A stretch of DNA of 32,000 nucleotides, taken from the NCBI GenBank assembly GCA_054661495.1, contig BAAFSQ010000013.1, positions 1-32,000 on the forward strand, in the 5' to 3' direction. The position numbers and the translations under genes are program-made. Each line of letters opens with the position of its first letter. Positions within the stretch are counted from its first letter, which is position 1. The notes beneath the pieces are model-generated. The model saw only the letters and a program-made list of their open reading frames with translations, ran no database searches and was not told where the DNA came from. This stretch comes from Zygophlyctis sp. KS116 (taxonomy: Eukaryota; Fungi; Chytridiomycota). Shown here in pieces: positions 1 through 11,620 of this stretch.

Positions 1-36
1 AGAAGTAATAAGAGAGTAATAAGAGTAATAAGAATA
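1..36 (+). repeat. Short degenerate tandem repeat (about AGAGTAATA x3-4)
   Basis: agaagtaata-agagagtaata-agagtaata-agaata at the window start; may be truncated by the window edge. Confidence 0.5.
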
Positions 37-125
37 TTTTACTTATGAGAAATTTTTTCTATGCAATAAGAGGGTTTTATAAATGCATGTCCGATCCTGT
101 TTCATAGCATTCAAAAAAAAAGAAA

Positions 126-749
126 ATGGGAGCGACAAAAATCCTAGCTATACTTTTGCCATTGATTATTGCTACGCAAGCGACTGATCAGAATTCTCAC
201 AGGCCAGTGCGCCATCAAAGAGTTGCGATGCAATCTCCATCTACTGTAAAACACTCTAATAAAGCCGAGGGAAAGGCTGATGGTAAAACTAGTAAACCAC
301 TTGGTAGCAACAAACATTATATTCCTTTTAGCGGTTATGGTGGATATGGGGGCTACGGTTATCCTGCTTATGGATATGGAGGATACGGCGGTTATCCGGG
401 ATATGGTGGATATGATGCTAATCCATGGACGATTTATAAAAGATCTGGGAAGCCAATGCGATCAGGAGGATCACTTCTTTCAAAGCGACATGTTTCTTCA
501 GAGCTTCATACTCACTCTGATAAAGATGGATCTGTAGTCTACAAGAAACCTCAAGATTCAGTAAAAAAGGCTGATGAAATTGGCAAAAAGAATCTTGGAC
601 AAAACAAGCATTTCTACTCTCCATACGGAGGATTTAGTGGATCTGGTGGTTACGGCTACGGTGGTTATGGTGGATATGGATACGGGGCTGACCCTCGAGG
701 ATATGGCTACTATGGTGGATGGGATGCTAATCCTTGGACAATGTACTGA
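126..749 (+). CDS. Secreted Gly/Tyr-rich two-repeat precursor protein (KEX2-processed repeat protein-like)
   Basis: Intronless 207 aa ORF; hydrophobic N-terminus (KILAILLPLIIATQA) like a signal peptide; two units LGxNKH-[GY-rich]-DANPWT(I/M)Y; KR directly after unit 1; unit 2 ends at the stop codon. Confidence 0.8.
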   Translation: MGATKILAILLPLIIATQATDQNSHRPVRHQRVAMQSPSTVKHSNKAEGKADGKTSKPLGSNKHYIPFSGYGGYGGYGYPAYGYGGYGGYPGYGGYDANPWTIYKRSGKPMRSGGSLLSKRHVSSELHTHSDKDGSVVYKKPQDSVKKADEIGKKNLGQNKHFYSPYGGFSGSGGYGYGGYGGYGYGADPRGYGYYGGWDANPWTMY

Positions 750-851
750 ATGTAAATCTCAGGAAATTGTAATGCATCTCAGTTTGAAACTTTGCATTTT
801 TAGTTTTTTTAAAACACTTATCTTTTGATTTTTCTTTTAGAGAATTGCAAT

Positions 852-1731
852 ATGCAGAATATTGGCGATTTAGACTTGGCAGTCATAATAAGTTTGACTA
901 TAGCAATGTGGACTTTTATTTCTGCTACTATTACTGGTGACTACTCTTACATAGATCGACTATGGTCTATTCTACCGGTTTTTTATTCATGGTTGTTTAC
1001 AGTATTGACTGCACTAAAAACGCATAGCATACCGATGAGAGGAGCTCTCATTACTTTCCTCATTACTCTTTGGGGAATAAGACTATCTTACAACTTTTAC
1101 AGGAAAGGCGGATATTCAGGGATGGAAGACTACCGCTGGGCAGTTTTAAGAGGCAGGATTAAATCAAAGATTGCATGGATTGCATTCTCCTTCTTTTTTA
1201 TATCGGTATTTCAAAGTTTGCTACTTTTATCAATTACATTTCCAGTTTATAAGGTGGGATTGGACTATATAAACGGTCAAGCTTCAATAGGCGTAAAAGA
1301 TCTTGTATGTTCTCTAGTGTTTCTACTGCTCTTAATCGGAGAAACTATTGCTGATAATCAACAGTTTGAATTTCAGACTACAAAATATAAATTGATAAAA
1401 GATCAAAAGAAACTTGGTAAAACTTTTGCAAGGGGATTTATTACTTCTGGACTCTTCAAGTATTCCAGACATCCAAACTTTTTCTGCGAAATTTCTATAT
1501 GGTGGATCGTATATATTTTTGGGATGGATAAGATGAACATACACTGGACATTTGTTGGGGCATTTCTTCTGAATCTTTTGTTTCATGGGAGTACAAAGTT
1601 TACAGAGGAGATTTCTTCCTCAAAGTATAAAGAGTATTCTGTAATTATTATTTTGATTTTAATAATAGCTTTATCAAAAATCAACATCAAGACTGATACC
1701 ATTCTTTCCATCAAATTTAAAATTGGAATAA
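852..1731 (+). CDS. DUF1295 / steroid 5-alpha-reductase-like membrane protein
   Basis: Motifs DRLWSILP, WGIRLSYNFYRKGGY, EDYRW, ETIADNQQ, GLFKYSRHPNFFCE. A 28-nt intron (1641-1668) restores the typical C-terminus YQKSTSRLIP, stop at 1729-1731. Confidence 0.9.
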
Positions 1732-1908
1732 TATGCTTTTTTGCCTGTGAAATGAGTTAACATTTTAAAAGTATGAGTATCACTAGGCTGATTCTATTTT
1801 TAGTCCGAAAGCATGACTTTTAAGATTTACGTCTAGGCGGCACCAGACCGATATATTGCTCCGATCTGAAATCTAGAGGATCTACATGATCTACAGATCT
1901 GTCATCTC

Positions 1909-3242
1909 ATGATATCTACTGTAAACAAAACGAAAATGTTCAATGAAAAAGAAATATATGGAATAGGTGATATAATTGAAGGGAATCTAAAGCTGGTCCA
2001 GGTCATCGGAGAAGGTGCTCTTGGGATAGTCTTTCTGGCAGAGAATGTAGATTTAAATTTCAAGAAATATGCAGTCAAAAGGCTTGAAAAGTCAAAGATG
2101 GATATGCTCGATCAGGCTGATTACAAAATGGAAGTTTCTGTGATGATGAAATTGTCTGGACATCCAAATATTGTCAAGTATATTAGTCACTTTGAGACTG
2201 AAATTCATCACTATCTTGTGATGGAGCATTGTGAGACTGATCTTTTTGATTCTATATTCTTAAGATGTGGATTCCCAATCGCTCTTGTCAAGCGCTTCTT
2301 TTCGGATATATCAAGAGGATTAGATCATGCCCACAAAAATGGAATATATCATAGAGATATAAAGGTAACAAAAATTCAAATCTAACAAATTAGCCTGAAA
2401 ATGTGCTAATAACTGGTGATGGAGGAGTTGCAAAGCTCGCAGATTTTGGATTATCAACACAAGATAAGTATACAGACGATTTTGGAGTTGGAAGTGTCCG
2501 CTACATGGCACCCGAATGCTTTGGCCATTGTGGGGAAGACGAAGACGATTCTGGCATTGGGAATGATGTAGACTGTTATAACGCTCCAGCAGCGGATATT
2601 TGGGCAATGGGGATTCTTTTGATGAATATGATGTACGGAAGATGTCCTTGGTATGAAGCTACCCAATCAGATAAAATATTTCAACAGTACACATCGAATG
2701 ATCCTCAAGTGCTCAAGAAGAATCTAAATCTTACGAAAGCATTAGATGATTTTTTAAGAGCAAATGTGTTCAACTTGGATCCTGAGAAGAGATGCGATAT
2801 AAACGAATTTGATGCTTTCGTATCTTCGCAAAAAACTTTAACCGACTCTGATGATTCGGCAGTGGTTAGACGTCAGCTAGAATGCGTATCGACAGGATCA
2901 CAAGTCACGATTCTACATATGTATCATGCGAATGACGAAGCAAAGCAGGCGCAAGCTGTATCTAAATTTTCTTTGGATGATATTCTTTCATTTACTCAGA
3001 CCCGTGGCTCGTGTTTTGACATGTCATCATTGGATGCACGCAATAATACCAATATGAACTGGTCAATAGAAAGCCAGTTTGGATCTTTAGATTCAGGGAA
3101 TAAGCTTACTGTATCATCAGTAGACATTTCAAGCCCATTCATTGAAACAAGAGAAAGCAGAATACAACTTGCGAAGCAACTTTTTGTAAATTCGTTTAAA
3201 GAATGTTCGAATGATATATTAAATAAATTAAATTGTCAATAA
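1909..3242 (+). CDS. Ser/Thr kinase, Ran1/Pat1-Ksp1-like, copy 1
   Basis: IGEGALG, YAVK, HRDIK|PEN across a 29-nt intron (2365-2393), KLADFGLST, GVGSVRYMAPEC, DIWAMG, CPWYEA. Start could be 1909 or 1936. Confidence 0.88.
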
Positions 3243-3387
3243 AATGCTCACTTTTTCAGAGAATCGTTGAAAATTCCAAGATCGATGACTTCGGACACAG
3301 CATGAACGATCTGCAAAAGATCAACGATATTTGAATATTCATCAGGTGCCTTCAAAAACAACAAATATTGATGATCAACGATATGAT

Positions 3388-4641
3388 ATGATTAAGCTTG
3401 GAATGAATGACAGCACAGGCTTCAAACTCACAGAAGTGATTGGTGAGGGTGCGACAGCAACTGTATTCTTGGCTGAAGATCTTCATCAAGTCTCTACTAA
3501 ATATGCAATCAAAAGATTTAAAAAGGATGGAATGGATGCCTATGATATAGCAGACTACAAAAGGGAAGTTTATGTTTTAAAGAAGTTGTCCGGTCATCCA
3601 AATATTGTGAAATATATAGACGAATTTGAAACTACTGAACATTACTTTCTAGTTCTAGAGCATTGTGAAACAGATCTCTTTGATTCTATATTCATTAGAG
3701 GTGGGTTCCCATCTTCTTTGGTTCAAGGACTATTTTCCGACATTGCATCAGCATTGGAGTTTATTCACCAGAATGGCATTTTTCATCGGGATATAAAGGT
3801 ACATAATTCATCCACATCTTATTCTTAGCCTGAGAACATACTTATTACAGACAACGGGCGCACAGCTAAATTAGCTGATTTTGGACTTGCAACATTTGAA
3901 AGGTATACAAATGAATTTGGTGTAGGAAGCGATCGATACATGGCCCCCGAATGTATGGAAACTGGTAGTGATAAATCTGATTCAGCTTTCACAGATGGTA
4001 TTGACTGCTATTGCTCGCCTGCAGTAGATGTATGGGCCATCGGAGTACTTTTGATTAATATGATTTTTGGTAAAAACCCCTGGCATATAGCAAATACTTC
4101 TGATCTTATATTTTCTGCATATATAGGATCTGATCCATATATACTGAAAAGAAACTTGAAGTTGACTAGTAATTTAGATAATTTCCTTCGTCAAAAGGTG
4201 TTTAATCTAGACCCAGAAATGCGGTGCTCAGTTAAAGAATTCAAAACATTTGTAGCATTACAAGACTCATTTGTGGAATGTGAAGATGAAATTATTTACC
4301 GTAATTTAGAATGCGTTACAAATGGAAATGAAATCAAGATTTACCATCAGTTGATTTCTGGCACGATAAAACCAGGCTCCTTGAACGATATGCAGATAAG
4401 TCATACACCCAACGTATGCAGAGAAAAGACAATAGGCAAAAATGAATGCAGATCACAGAATATATTTTTGTCGAATTTAGTTGGATCTTTAGACAGTATC
4501 GGAAAGCTAACGATCCCTAGTAACGGATTGTCCAGCCCGCTTGTTGAAACCCGAGAAAGTCGAACACAACTAGTTAAAAAGTTTGGGATTGGCTCATCCA
4601 GCACTAGCATTGGTAGGTGCAAAAGCCAAACGATAAGATAA
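3388..4641 (+). CDS. Ser/Thr kinase, Ran1/Pat1-Ksp1-like, copy 2
   Basis: IGEGATA, YAIK, HRDIK|PEN across a 30-nt intron (3799-3828), DFGLAT, GVGSDRYMAPEC, DVWAIG, NPWHIA. First in-frame ATG is at 3388. Confidence 0.87.
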
Positions 4642-4890
4642 ATTAAAACTTCCGTGGAACGTTAGTGACCCAATATCCAGGCAAATAAATAAATTGATAG
4701 TCACATTTTTTCGCAACAGCTTACTATACACTAAATTGCATGCAATTAACAAGGCTAAATTCCATTCAAAATATAAATTACAAATGAGATATAAACGCTT
4801 TGCCAGTAATAATCCAATTAAATCAGAAATTTCCGTTGCTTTCGTCATCTGACTAGCATTTAATTTCCCTGAATCCTCCATACCGGCTAA

Positions 4891-6169
4891 ATGGGGGACA
4901 ATAAACAGAAAGACTATGGGATAGGAGACATTATTCAAGGAAATCTAAAGCTCAAGGAAGTCATTGGCGAAGGTGCCACCGGTTTAGTTTTTCTTGCAGA
5001 ACATGTAAATTTAGTCGGCAAGAAGAATGCTGTTAAACGTCTGGATAAAGAACATATGGAGCAGATTGATTTTGAAGACTATAAAAGAGAAATAATTTTC
5101 ATGAAGAAGCTGTCTGGGCATCCAAATATTGTCCAATACATCAATAATTTTGAAACACCAAACTATTTCTACCTTGTTTTAGAACACTGTGAAACTGATC
5201 TCTTTGATGCAATATTCTTGAGATGTGGATTTCCACCTGCTCTAGTAAAACGGTTTTTTTCGGACATTGCCAGTGGATTAGATTACGCCCACAAAAATGG
5301 GATTTATCATAGAGATATAAAGGTAATTTAACCCAAGTTTGAATATTAGCCTGAAAACGTTTTAATAACTAGTGATGGAGGCCAAGCAAAATTGGCAGAT
5401 TTTGGATTAGCTACAATGGATAAGTTTTCTGATGAATTTGGGGTCGGAAGTGCTAGATATCTTGCTCCAGAATGTTTGGGGAAATCTCAGGATGGAGGAG
5501 AAGACATTGATTTCTACTGCTCGCCTGCAGCAGATGTATGGGCTCTAGTAGTTTTATTGATAAATATGATTTTTGGTCGAAATCCCTGGCATGAGGCATC
5601 TCTTTCAGATCCGGTATTTAATGCTTACATAAACACTGATCCCAATATTCTAATGAGGAATTTAAAAATTACTGAACAGTTGGATTATTTTCTCAGACAT
5701 AAAGTATTTAATACGGATCATGAAAAGAGATGTGAAGTCATAGATTATTGTTCAGCGTGACGATGATAATCATGCACCTTTTCAAATTGAATTTATATCT
5801 GATGGCGATAAAGTAAATATTATTCAAAATCCAATTGATCCAAAATCCTGCTTCTCATCACCACAAGGAAGTCAAGTCTTATTCAGGCAAAGGCAATCAT
5901 CTTTTACTGAAAACGATTTTAATGTCAGTTTTTCATCAAGTATGAATTTATCTGTCGCTGCGCATATTGGATCATTGGATGGTTTTGGTCTTTTGAAAAT
6001 GTCATCAAATGATATTGCAACTCCATTTATGGAAACAAAGGAAAGTCGTATACAGCTTGTTAAAAGAATTGGCGCCTCAAGTTTCTCCTCTATGGATCGA
6101 ATAGCTTCTGTCAGGAACCAGAATAAAAAGTCTTTAGATAAACGTTCCAAAATGCAACAAATCTCTTAG
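4891..6169 (+). pseudogene. Ran1/Pat1-like kinase copy 3, frameshifted near 5740 (pseudogene, truncated gene or sequence error)
   Basis: Same intron position (5323-5349, 27 nt). The frame stops at 5758-5760 while the homologous tail (QIEFISDG...IGSLDG...ETKESRIQLVK) continues in another frame from 5744 to 6169; about 11 codons are missing relative to the paralogs. Confidence 0.65.
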
Positions 6170-6210
6170 TTATTAACGATATTTATTTTAATAAATAATA
6201 TTATTTAGAT

Positions 6211-8587
6211 TTATATCATTTTTGAAATTTTAATACTCATTCTATTCAGAAATTCGTCCTTTTCTTCTCGATGTTTTTGTGCTTCAGCCGAGTCTCCTTC
6301 CATGTCTGATTTAAGAAACTCCATCAGCTCTTTATTACTTAATTGTCGACCCCAAATCTTTTGCTGAACTTCAGACTCTGATTTTGTCCACATTTTACTT
6401 CCTTCAGTGATAGACTTGATTGCTTTTGGGTCATTTTCGATGCTAAAAACTGAAGTTGACTGAAAGAAAAAATACCTTTTTCAATCACCTTTCCAATTGA
6501 AGAAATGATTTCATTTATTTGTTGATCAGTCAGTTTCGGTTCATTTTGCATTTTTCTTGATTTTAGTTAAATATGTTATCAACCTGATTTTCCTATCGCC
6601 AGTATTTTGCAGTTTTAGATTCTCCACCTGGTTAAAATACGTAGTTCTTTCTGTGACAGGAAGCTGCATTATGTCATTTATAGACATTTCTTTTCCAAAC
6701 AGAGTGTTCTGTATATTTATCAAGGCTTTTTTTAACGAATCTTTCCCATGCTGATCAAAAACTGATTCAATATTCTTAATATCTGATGCGCGAAATGAGA
6801 TGGAATCAGACGAGCCTATAACTATTATGTTAACATGAAGTATTTACTGCTGTTAATATTTTGAACTGACTGATTGATTAGCATCTCTATACTACAATCA
6901 ATTTCCTCTGTAGGATCTGCTGACCTAAAAGTTAAGAGACAATCATACTGAAGTTTTGGTTTACGCTTCAATTCTATCGGATTAAGGCCTGAATCATTTT
7001 TTTCAATCTTTGTGTCCAGTGGTGTTTCTGTAATTGGTTTGGAAAGATCTGAATTAGTTTGGGTTAGAGATTCTTCTGTCTTTTCTTTAGTTTTGGATTT
7101 CTTGTGCGAATCTACGCATTCTTTTGTGCCTGACCCATCATTATCATTGCTATCCTTGTCAATTTTAGTCGATTTAATTGATTTAAGAATTTCGGACTGA
7201 TTAAAACTTTTTTGAGATTGCTCTTTCAACTTTATCCATTCCGAAACTTGATCTGAAATGATGCGATTTTCTCTATCTATCAGCAGATCTTCAGATAAAG
7301 GTATCAATTCTTCCTCCCAAGTCCATTTCGGCTTTATAAGACCTTCTAAATAGTCGTTCTTTACAAGATTAAAATATAAACCTTTATATGGCTTCACAAA
7401 ATAATTGTCCAGATTCTTAATCAAACTGGACAGTTCTAGTTTTGGAATGAGAGTGGATTCTATTTGTGAAATTATCTGATGCGCCTTGGATTAATCCCTA
7501 ATTTTAACGTACAGATGATAATCTCTGTAAATGTGAAGAGAAATGCAATAGGACAGATGTACATAACCAACCTATCCATGTCTCTATATTAGGTAGACGA
7601 GCAATTCCAGAACTGAACTCGCTAGATGAAATTATAAATAGATCAAAAACATATCGACTTATTTCGAGACAGTACTTATCTATAGTTCATTAAATTAAAA
7701 AGCTATACCAACAAAAAAATATCCTATGACGCTATTAAACAGACTTGATAAGCCTTCCTTTTCATTTCCAAATTGTTTTTGAAGATGAGATAATAGTTTC
7801 TTATCAGATTGATTCAAAAATGACTCTATCTGAAAAATAGCTTGACCGGACAAGTGAAAATCTAAAATAAGATAATTGATTGTGATAAAAATACCTGAAA
7901 TCTTATTAAAAAGTTGTTGAACCATATACACAATGAAGTTGTCCGAAATATTACTCTGTGCCTCTAAATCAAAAAGATTCACAAACGGCACTGCTAAGTA
8001 TTTCATTATTGTCAAATCTCTGTTTATATAAGCATGTATGTGAAAATAAATCATTGATATGTTGATCGACTAGTATATTACCTTTTGTTAGAGCTTCCAA
8101 ATGTATCAATTAATGCTCCCAAACGCTTTGCGCATTGAAAGTGAACTGCAAGAGAAATCATATTAGAATGCACAGAGAGAAAATCCTGTGCTTCGTTGAA
8201 AGAATCGGTAGAATATTCCAAAGGCGTATCAGCCGTTATTAGGAATACTTGATCTGTAGCTAACAGTCTTTGGTACGCAATTGTACTTAGTCTAGGATCC
8301 AACTTGATAGGCATGAGAGTATGTAGTTCATGCACAAGGTCATGATTATTCTGAATTAACTTTATTAATGCGTCATCCATATCATTATCGATGCTGAATG
8401 ATAGAAATCTATTTTGAATATCATATCTTGCTGCAGTGTACACGACCTCACTTAATATGCCACGGACATTGTCCTTGGTGATGTGAGCATTATCATGGGA
8501 TAATAAGTACTTTACAACTTCATTCCTCAGAGCCATGAATGGCTTAGAGTTTATTTTTATGTTTTCTTTGAGTTCTGAGAGAAACAT
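6211..8587 (-). CDS. Uncharacterised multi-exon protein with a possible divergent TBC/Rab-GAP-like helical region
   Basis: Minus-strand ORFs from 8587 to 6211 can be joined by GT-AG introns. YLAVPFVNLF, DKKLLSHL, YFFVG and RYVFDLFII resemble TBC-domain helices; the domain call is inference only. Confidence 0.55.
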
Positions 8588-8636
8588 GGCGAAGGCGGAG
8601 ATTTATATTCTCAATCTTGCAAAACATCAATTTATA

Positions 8637-10140
8637 TTATTCGTTCTTCTTGATTAAAGACTGCCGTTGCAAGTTATCGATAGCCGCCAAAACTTTCTTA
8701 TTGCTAAAGAAAATCAATATGGTGAACATGAGGACATGACCTGCAAAATATACAGATTTCCAAAGCTGAAAAGATCTTTCCATTGTGTAACAGAAAAATG
8801 GGAATACTGAGTAATTTGCCAAAAACAGTGTGCCAAACCATCCTAAGACATCATAAACCGGTTTTAAGAAATTTAATTTGGATGTTTCCAAGAACAAAGG
8901 CCTTAGATGTCTTCGTAGTTTTCGTCCACAAAAAGTGATCAGTGCACCTGACATAAAAGTAAGATAATAGCCTGGGCGAAAGCCATGCCATAGCGCACTT
9001 ATGAAGTATGTCGCATAAGTTGCAGCAGAGGAACTTCCACTGATTTCAATTATTCTGACGTAGACTGATCTTTTCAGCCATGACGCAGTATTCTTATTCC
9101 AAGATTCCATAACTGCTTTTGGAGATGGTGCAAATTCCACTTGATGAATGGAAATATTTTCCAAACGATTAAACAAATGAAGTGAATGCTGTTTAGGGTG
9201 TTCACCATTATATCCAAGACCGGTAGCAATACTAACAATTATTTTTAATAAAACTTACCATGCAGCTTCAGTGACTTTCCATCCTCCGTAATATAAACAT
9301 CGTAAACAAAATCCAATCGCCATTAATATCAACAATCTAATGATGAAAAAAATATTTAATACCTTGATATTAAAGAGTATTCTAAGAAACCTTCCGTCAA
9401 AGTCCATGAAACAAGTTTCTGAGGCTCAGTTTTCAAGTATATCCCAAATGAAACAAATCCCATAATAATATTGATCGTTGTAGGCCAAAAAGTACTTGGA
9501 ACACGATCAAAAGGTGCTTGCTTCAAAATAAAACTGTTATAATCTTTAAATTCAAAAGCAGGACCGATAAAGAAACCTCCAAAAAAGAAGACATACCCAA
9601 GATACGAGATGATCGAAGGAGTTTTTTCTAGAGCTGTAGATGCTTGTTCTACAGTTAATTTATCCCCTTTTTTATCCCCATCATAACACGCCCAAGCATA
9701 ATTTGACAATTTTATAACTAAAATCATTAATGGGCCTGTATATTCAATATAATCCTTATCCACCATCCCAAATTCTTCTCCGTATTGAACCAAAAATTGA
9801 CTAAAATTAGCTTATTTACAACATACTGCACAAGCAAATGTACCATTGTAATTGTGAAAGCAACCCATGGCATCCAGTATTTCCCTTTTGCCACATTAGC
9901 CAACCAATGAACAAATAAGCAATTTAAAAAGATTCGCAAAAGACCTATCCATGGATAAATCATTAGAAATACTCCAGAAGTGAAAATAATTGAAAACCAA
10001 TGCTTCAATATGGGACGATCAGGAACAAGTTTGAATAGAAGAAACCCCGGAATTCCAATCAAGACAGCGATCACATTTCTAAATAGGCCTATTGAGAGTC
10101 CAGTTGCATTTGCATACTGTAAGAGACTGGATTGTATCAT
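8637..10140 (-). CDS. ALE1: MBOAT lysophospholipid acyltransferase (Ale1/LPCAT-like)
   Basis: GPLMILVIKL, YLGYVFFFGGFFIGPAFEF, SWNKNTASWLKRSVYVR, catalytic SALWHGFRPGYYLTF; exons joined by short introns. Confidence 0.9.
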
Positions 10141-10230
10141 TGTTGAGCTAAATTGATTGATCTATTTTGTTTTCCGTTGTTAAAAAATGCGTGTGAATCG
10201 CACGTTGCGAGGATAGCATCATTGTCCGTA

Positions 10231-10240
10231 TGATGTCACC
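10231..10240 (+). promoter_or_regulatory. TGATGTCAC(C) motif just upstream of the RSPH14 ATG (candidate flagellar-gene element)
   Basis: The same 9-10-mer occurs twice upstream of the other axonemal gene (EFHC) in the same orientation relative to the gene. Confidence 0.45.
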
Positions 10241-10251
10241 AGAATTTTAAA

Positions 10252-11577
10252 ATGGCCGATGTTTTAGATAATAATGCATCATTAGAATTTTCTGATAATA
10301 GTCAACTAGTTGCGGCTGAAGTAGAAGTGGCAAACGAAAGACCTTTGCTAAATCAAGTCCCTAGAAATATGGATCCAACAAGATTCAGCATACCTTATGG
10401 TCGAAATGGGGTGCCTAAACTTGTAATTTTTGTACATCTAAATCAAAGATTGAGGATTTATCAAAGTCTTTGCAAGTCCGTCAAAAGTCATTGATCTTTC
10501 TGTCTGATCTATTGAAAAATCCCGAACATGTGGCACCTGCGTTAAACAATGGTATTAATAATTACTAATCATAAGATATAATCCAGAAATTGATTAAATT
10601 GGTTCAGGAACATGATATGATTACACGGCAAAAGAGTACTGAATGTATGCTTGCCCTATCTGGGCATGCGGCAGGTCGAGTTTTGGTTGTTCGGAGTGGC
10701 GGTTGTCTATACCTTTCTAAATTAGTATCACTTGAAAGCAATTAATAGATAGTTTGATGATCCAGATGCATTAATTAGAAGAAATTGTCACGAAATATTT
10801 TCAAGAGTAACAGTAACTTCGCAAGGTAAATGAAAAACAATTTAAATAAAAGGTGTTGAGAGTTTAATGGCATTTTCTTTACTTCCTATCTTGGTTAGGA
10901 AATTACCAAATGAACGATATGATATTCAAATACTACTATTACAAACTCTTTATAATTGTATTAGAATGGGAAAAGAGCCACTTAATCCAGGTGATGCAAT
11001 CAAATGCAATGCTTTAAATGAATTTAATAACCTTTTAAAGTCTTCAGTTACTGATATAAAAGTTTGGGCCTGTAAATGTATTATGGTGCTGTGGTAAGAG
11101 TATGGATAGATTTAACTTCAGTTTCTTTGGAGAAGCTAAAAAGATTGCATGTAGTGGGAATATTATCCAGAATCTTGTTCTGGTTTTATCAGATAACAAA
11201 TCAGAGGTAAGATCTGCCGCAGCAGGAGCATTAATGAGGTATATATTAAGTGATTCATTTCAGTATTTCCATTCTAGTTGAAGCAAAGAAAATTTTGGTC
11301 AAAGAAAATGTTGCAAATCGATTGATTAAGCTTCTAGACGATTCAAATGAAAATGTAGTATTGAATGCGATAAAGGTAAGTCAAGTAACTTAACTGTAGA
11401 CTATAACTAATTGTGCTGAAGATTACCGTGGACGTTTTCAATTAAACCCCTGCCTTCAAACGGTAATATCTTAAAAATATTGATGATAAGCTGGAATATT
11501 TAATAGTTTCTAGTAGCAATCCTCAGATTCAAGACGCTGCCAAAACAGCTATTTCGGTTATTGTTTGGCGACCTTAA
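10252..11577 (+). CDS. RSPH14: Radial spoke head 14 homolog (armadillo-repeat axonemal protein, RTDR1/RSP14)
   Basis: N-terminal DPTRFSIPYGRNGVPKL resembles the RSPH14 signature; ARM-like repeats (VRSAAAGALM); C-terminal VIVWRP-stop; many short introns. Confidence 0.82.
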
Positions 11578-11620
11578 GTTTCGGACAAAATTATATTTGA
11601 ATCGCACTTATTTTAAATAA

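Noticed and set aside
1-36. Telomere-like repeat at the window start
   Set aside because: Only 3-4 imperfect units with no G-rich telomeric character; cannot be judged without upstream sequence.
280-828. Alternative-frame ORFs 280-537, 418-624 and 574-828
   Set aside because: Shadow ORFs of the GGN-TAY repeat coding sequence.
2365-2393. Stop-codon reassignment or programmed frameshifting as the cause of ORF fragmentation
   Set aside because: Breaks are explained by GT-AG mini-introns that restore conserved motifs exactly, and genes end in ordinary stop codons.
5737-5743. 7-nt GT-AG intron rescuing kinase copy 3
   Set aside because: Far below any known spliceosomal intron size, and about 11 conserved codons would still be missing.
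10204-10218. RFX X-box upstream of RSPH14 (gttgcgaggatagc)
   Set aside because: Poor match to the X-box consensus and no counterpart upstream of EFHC.
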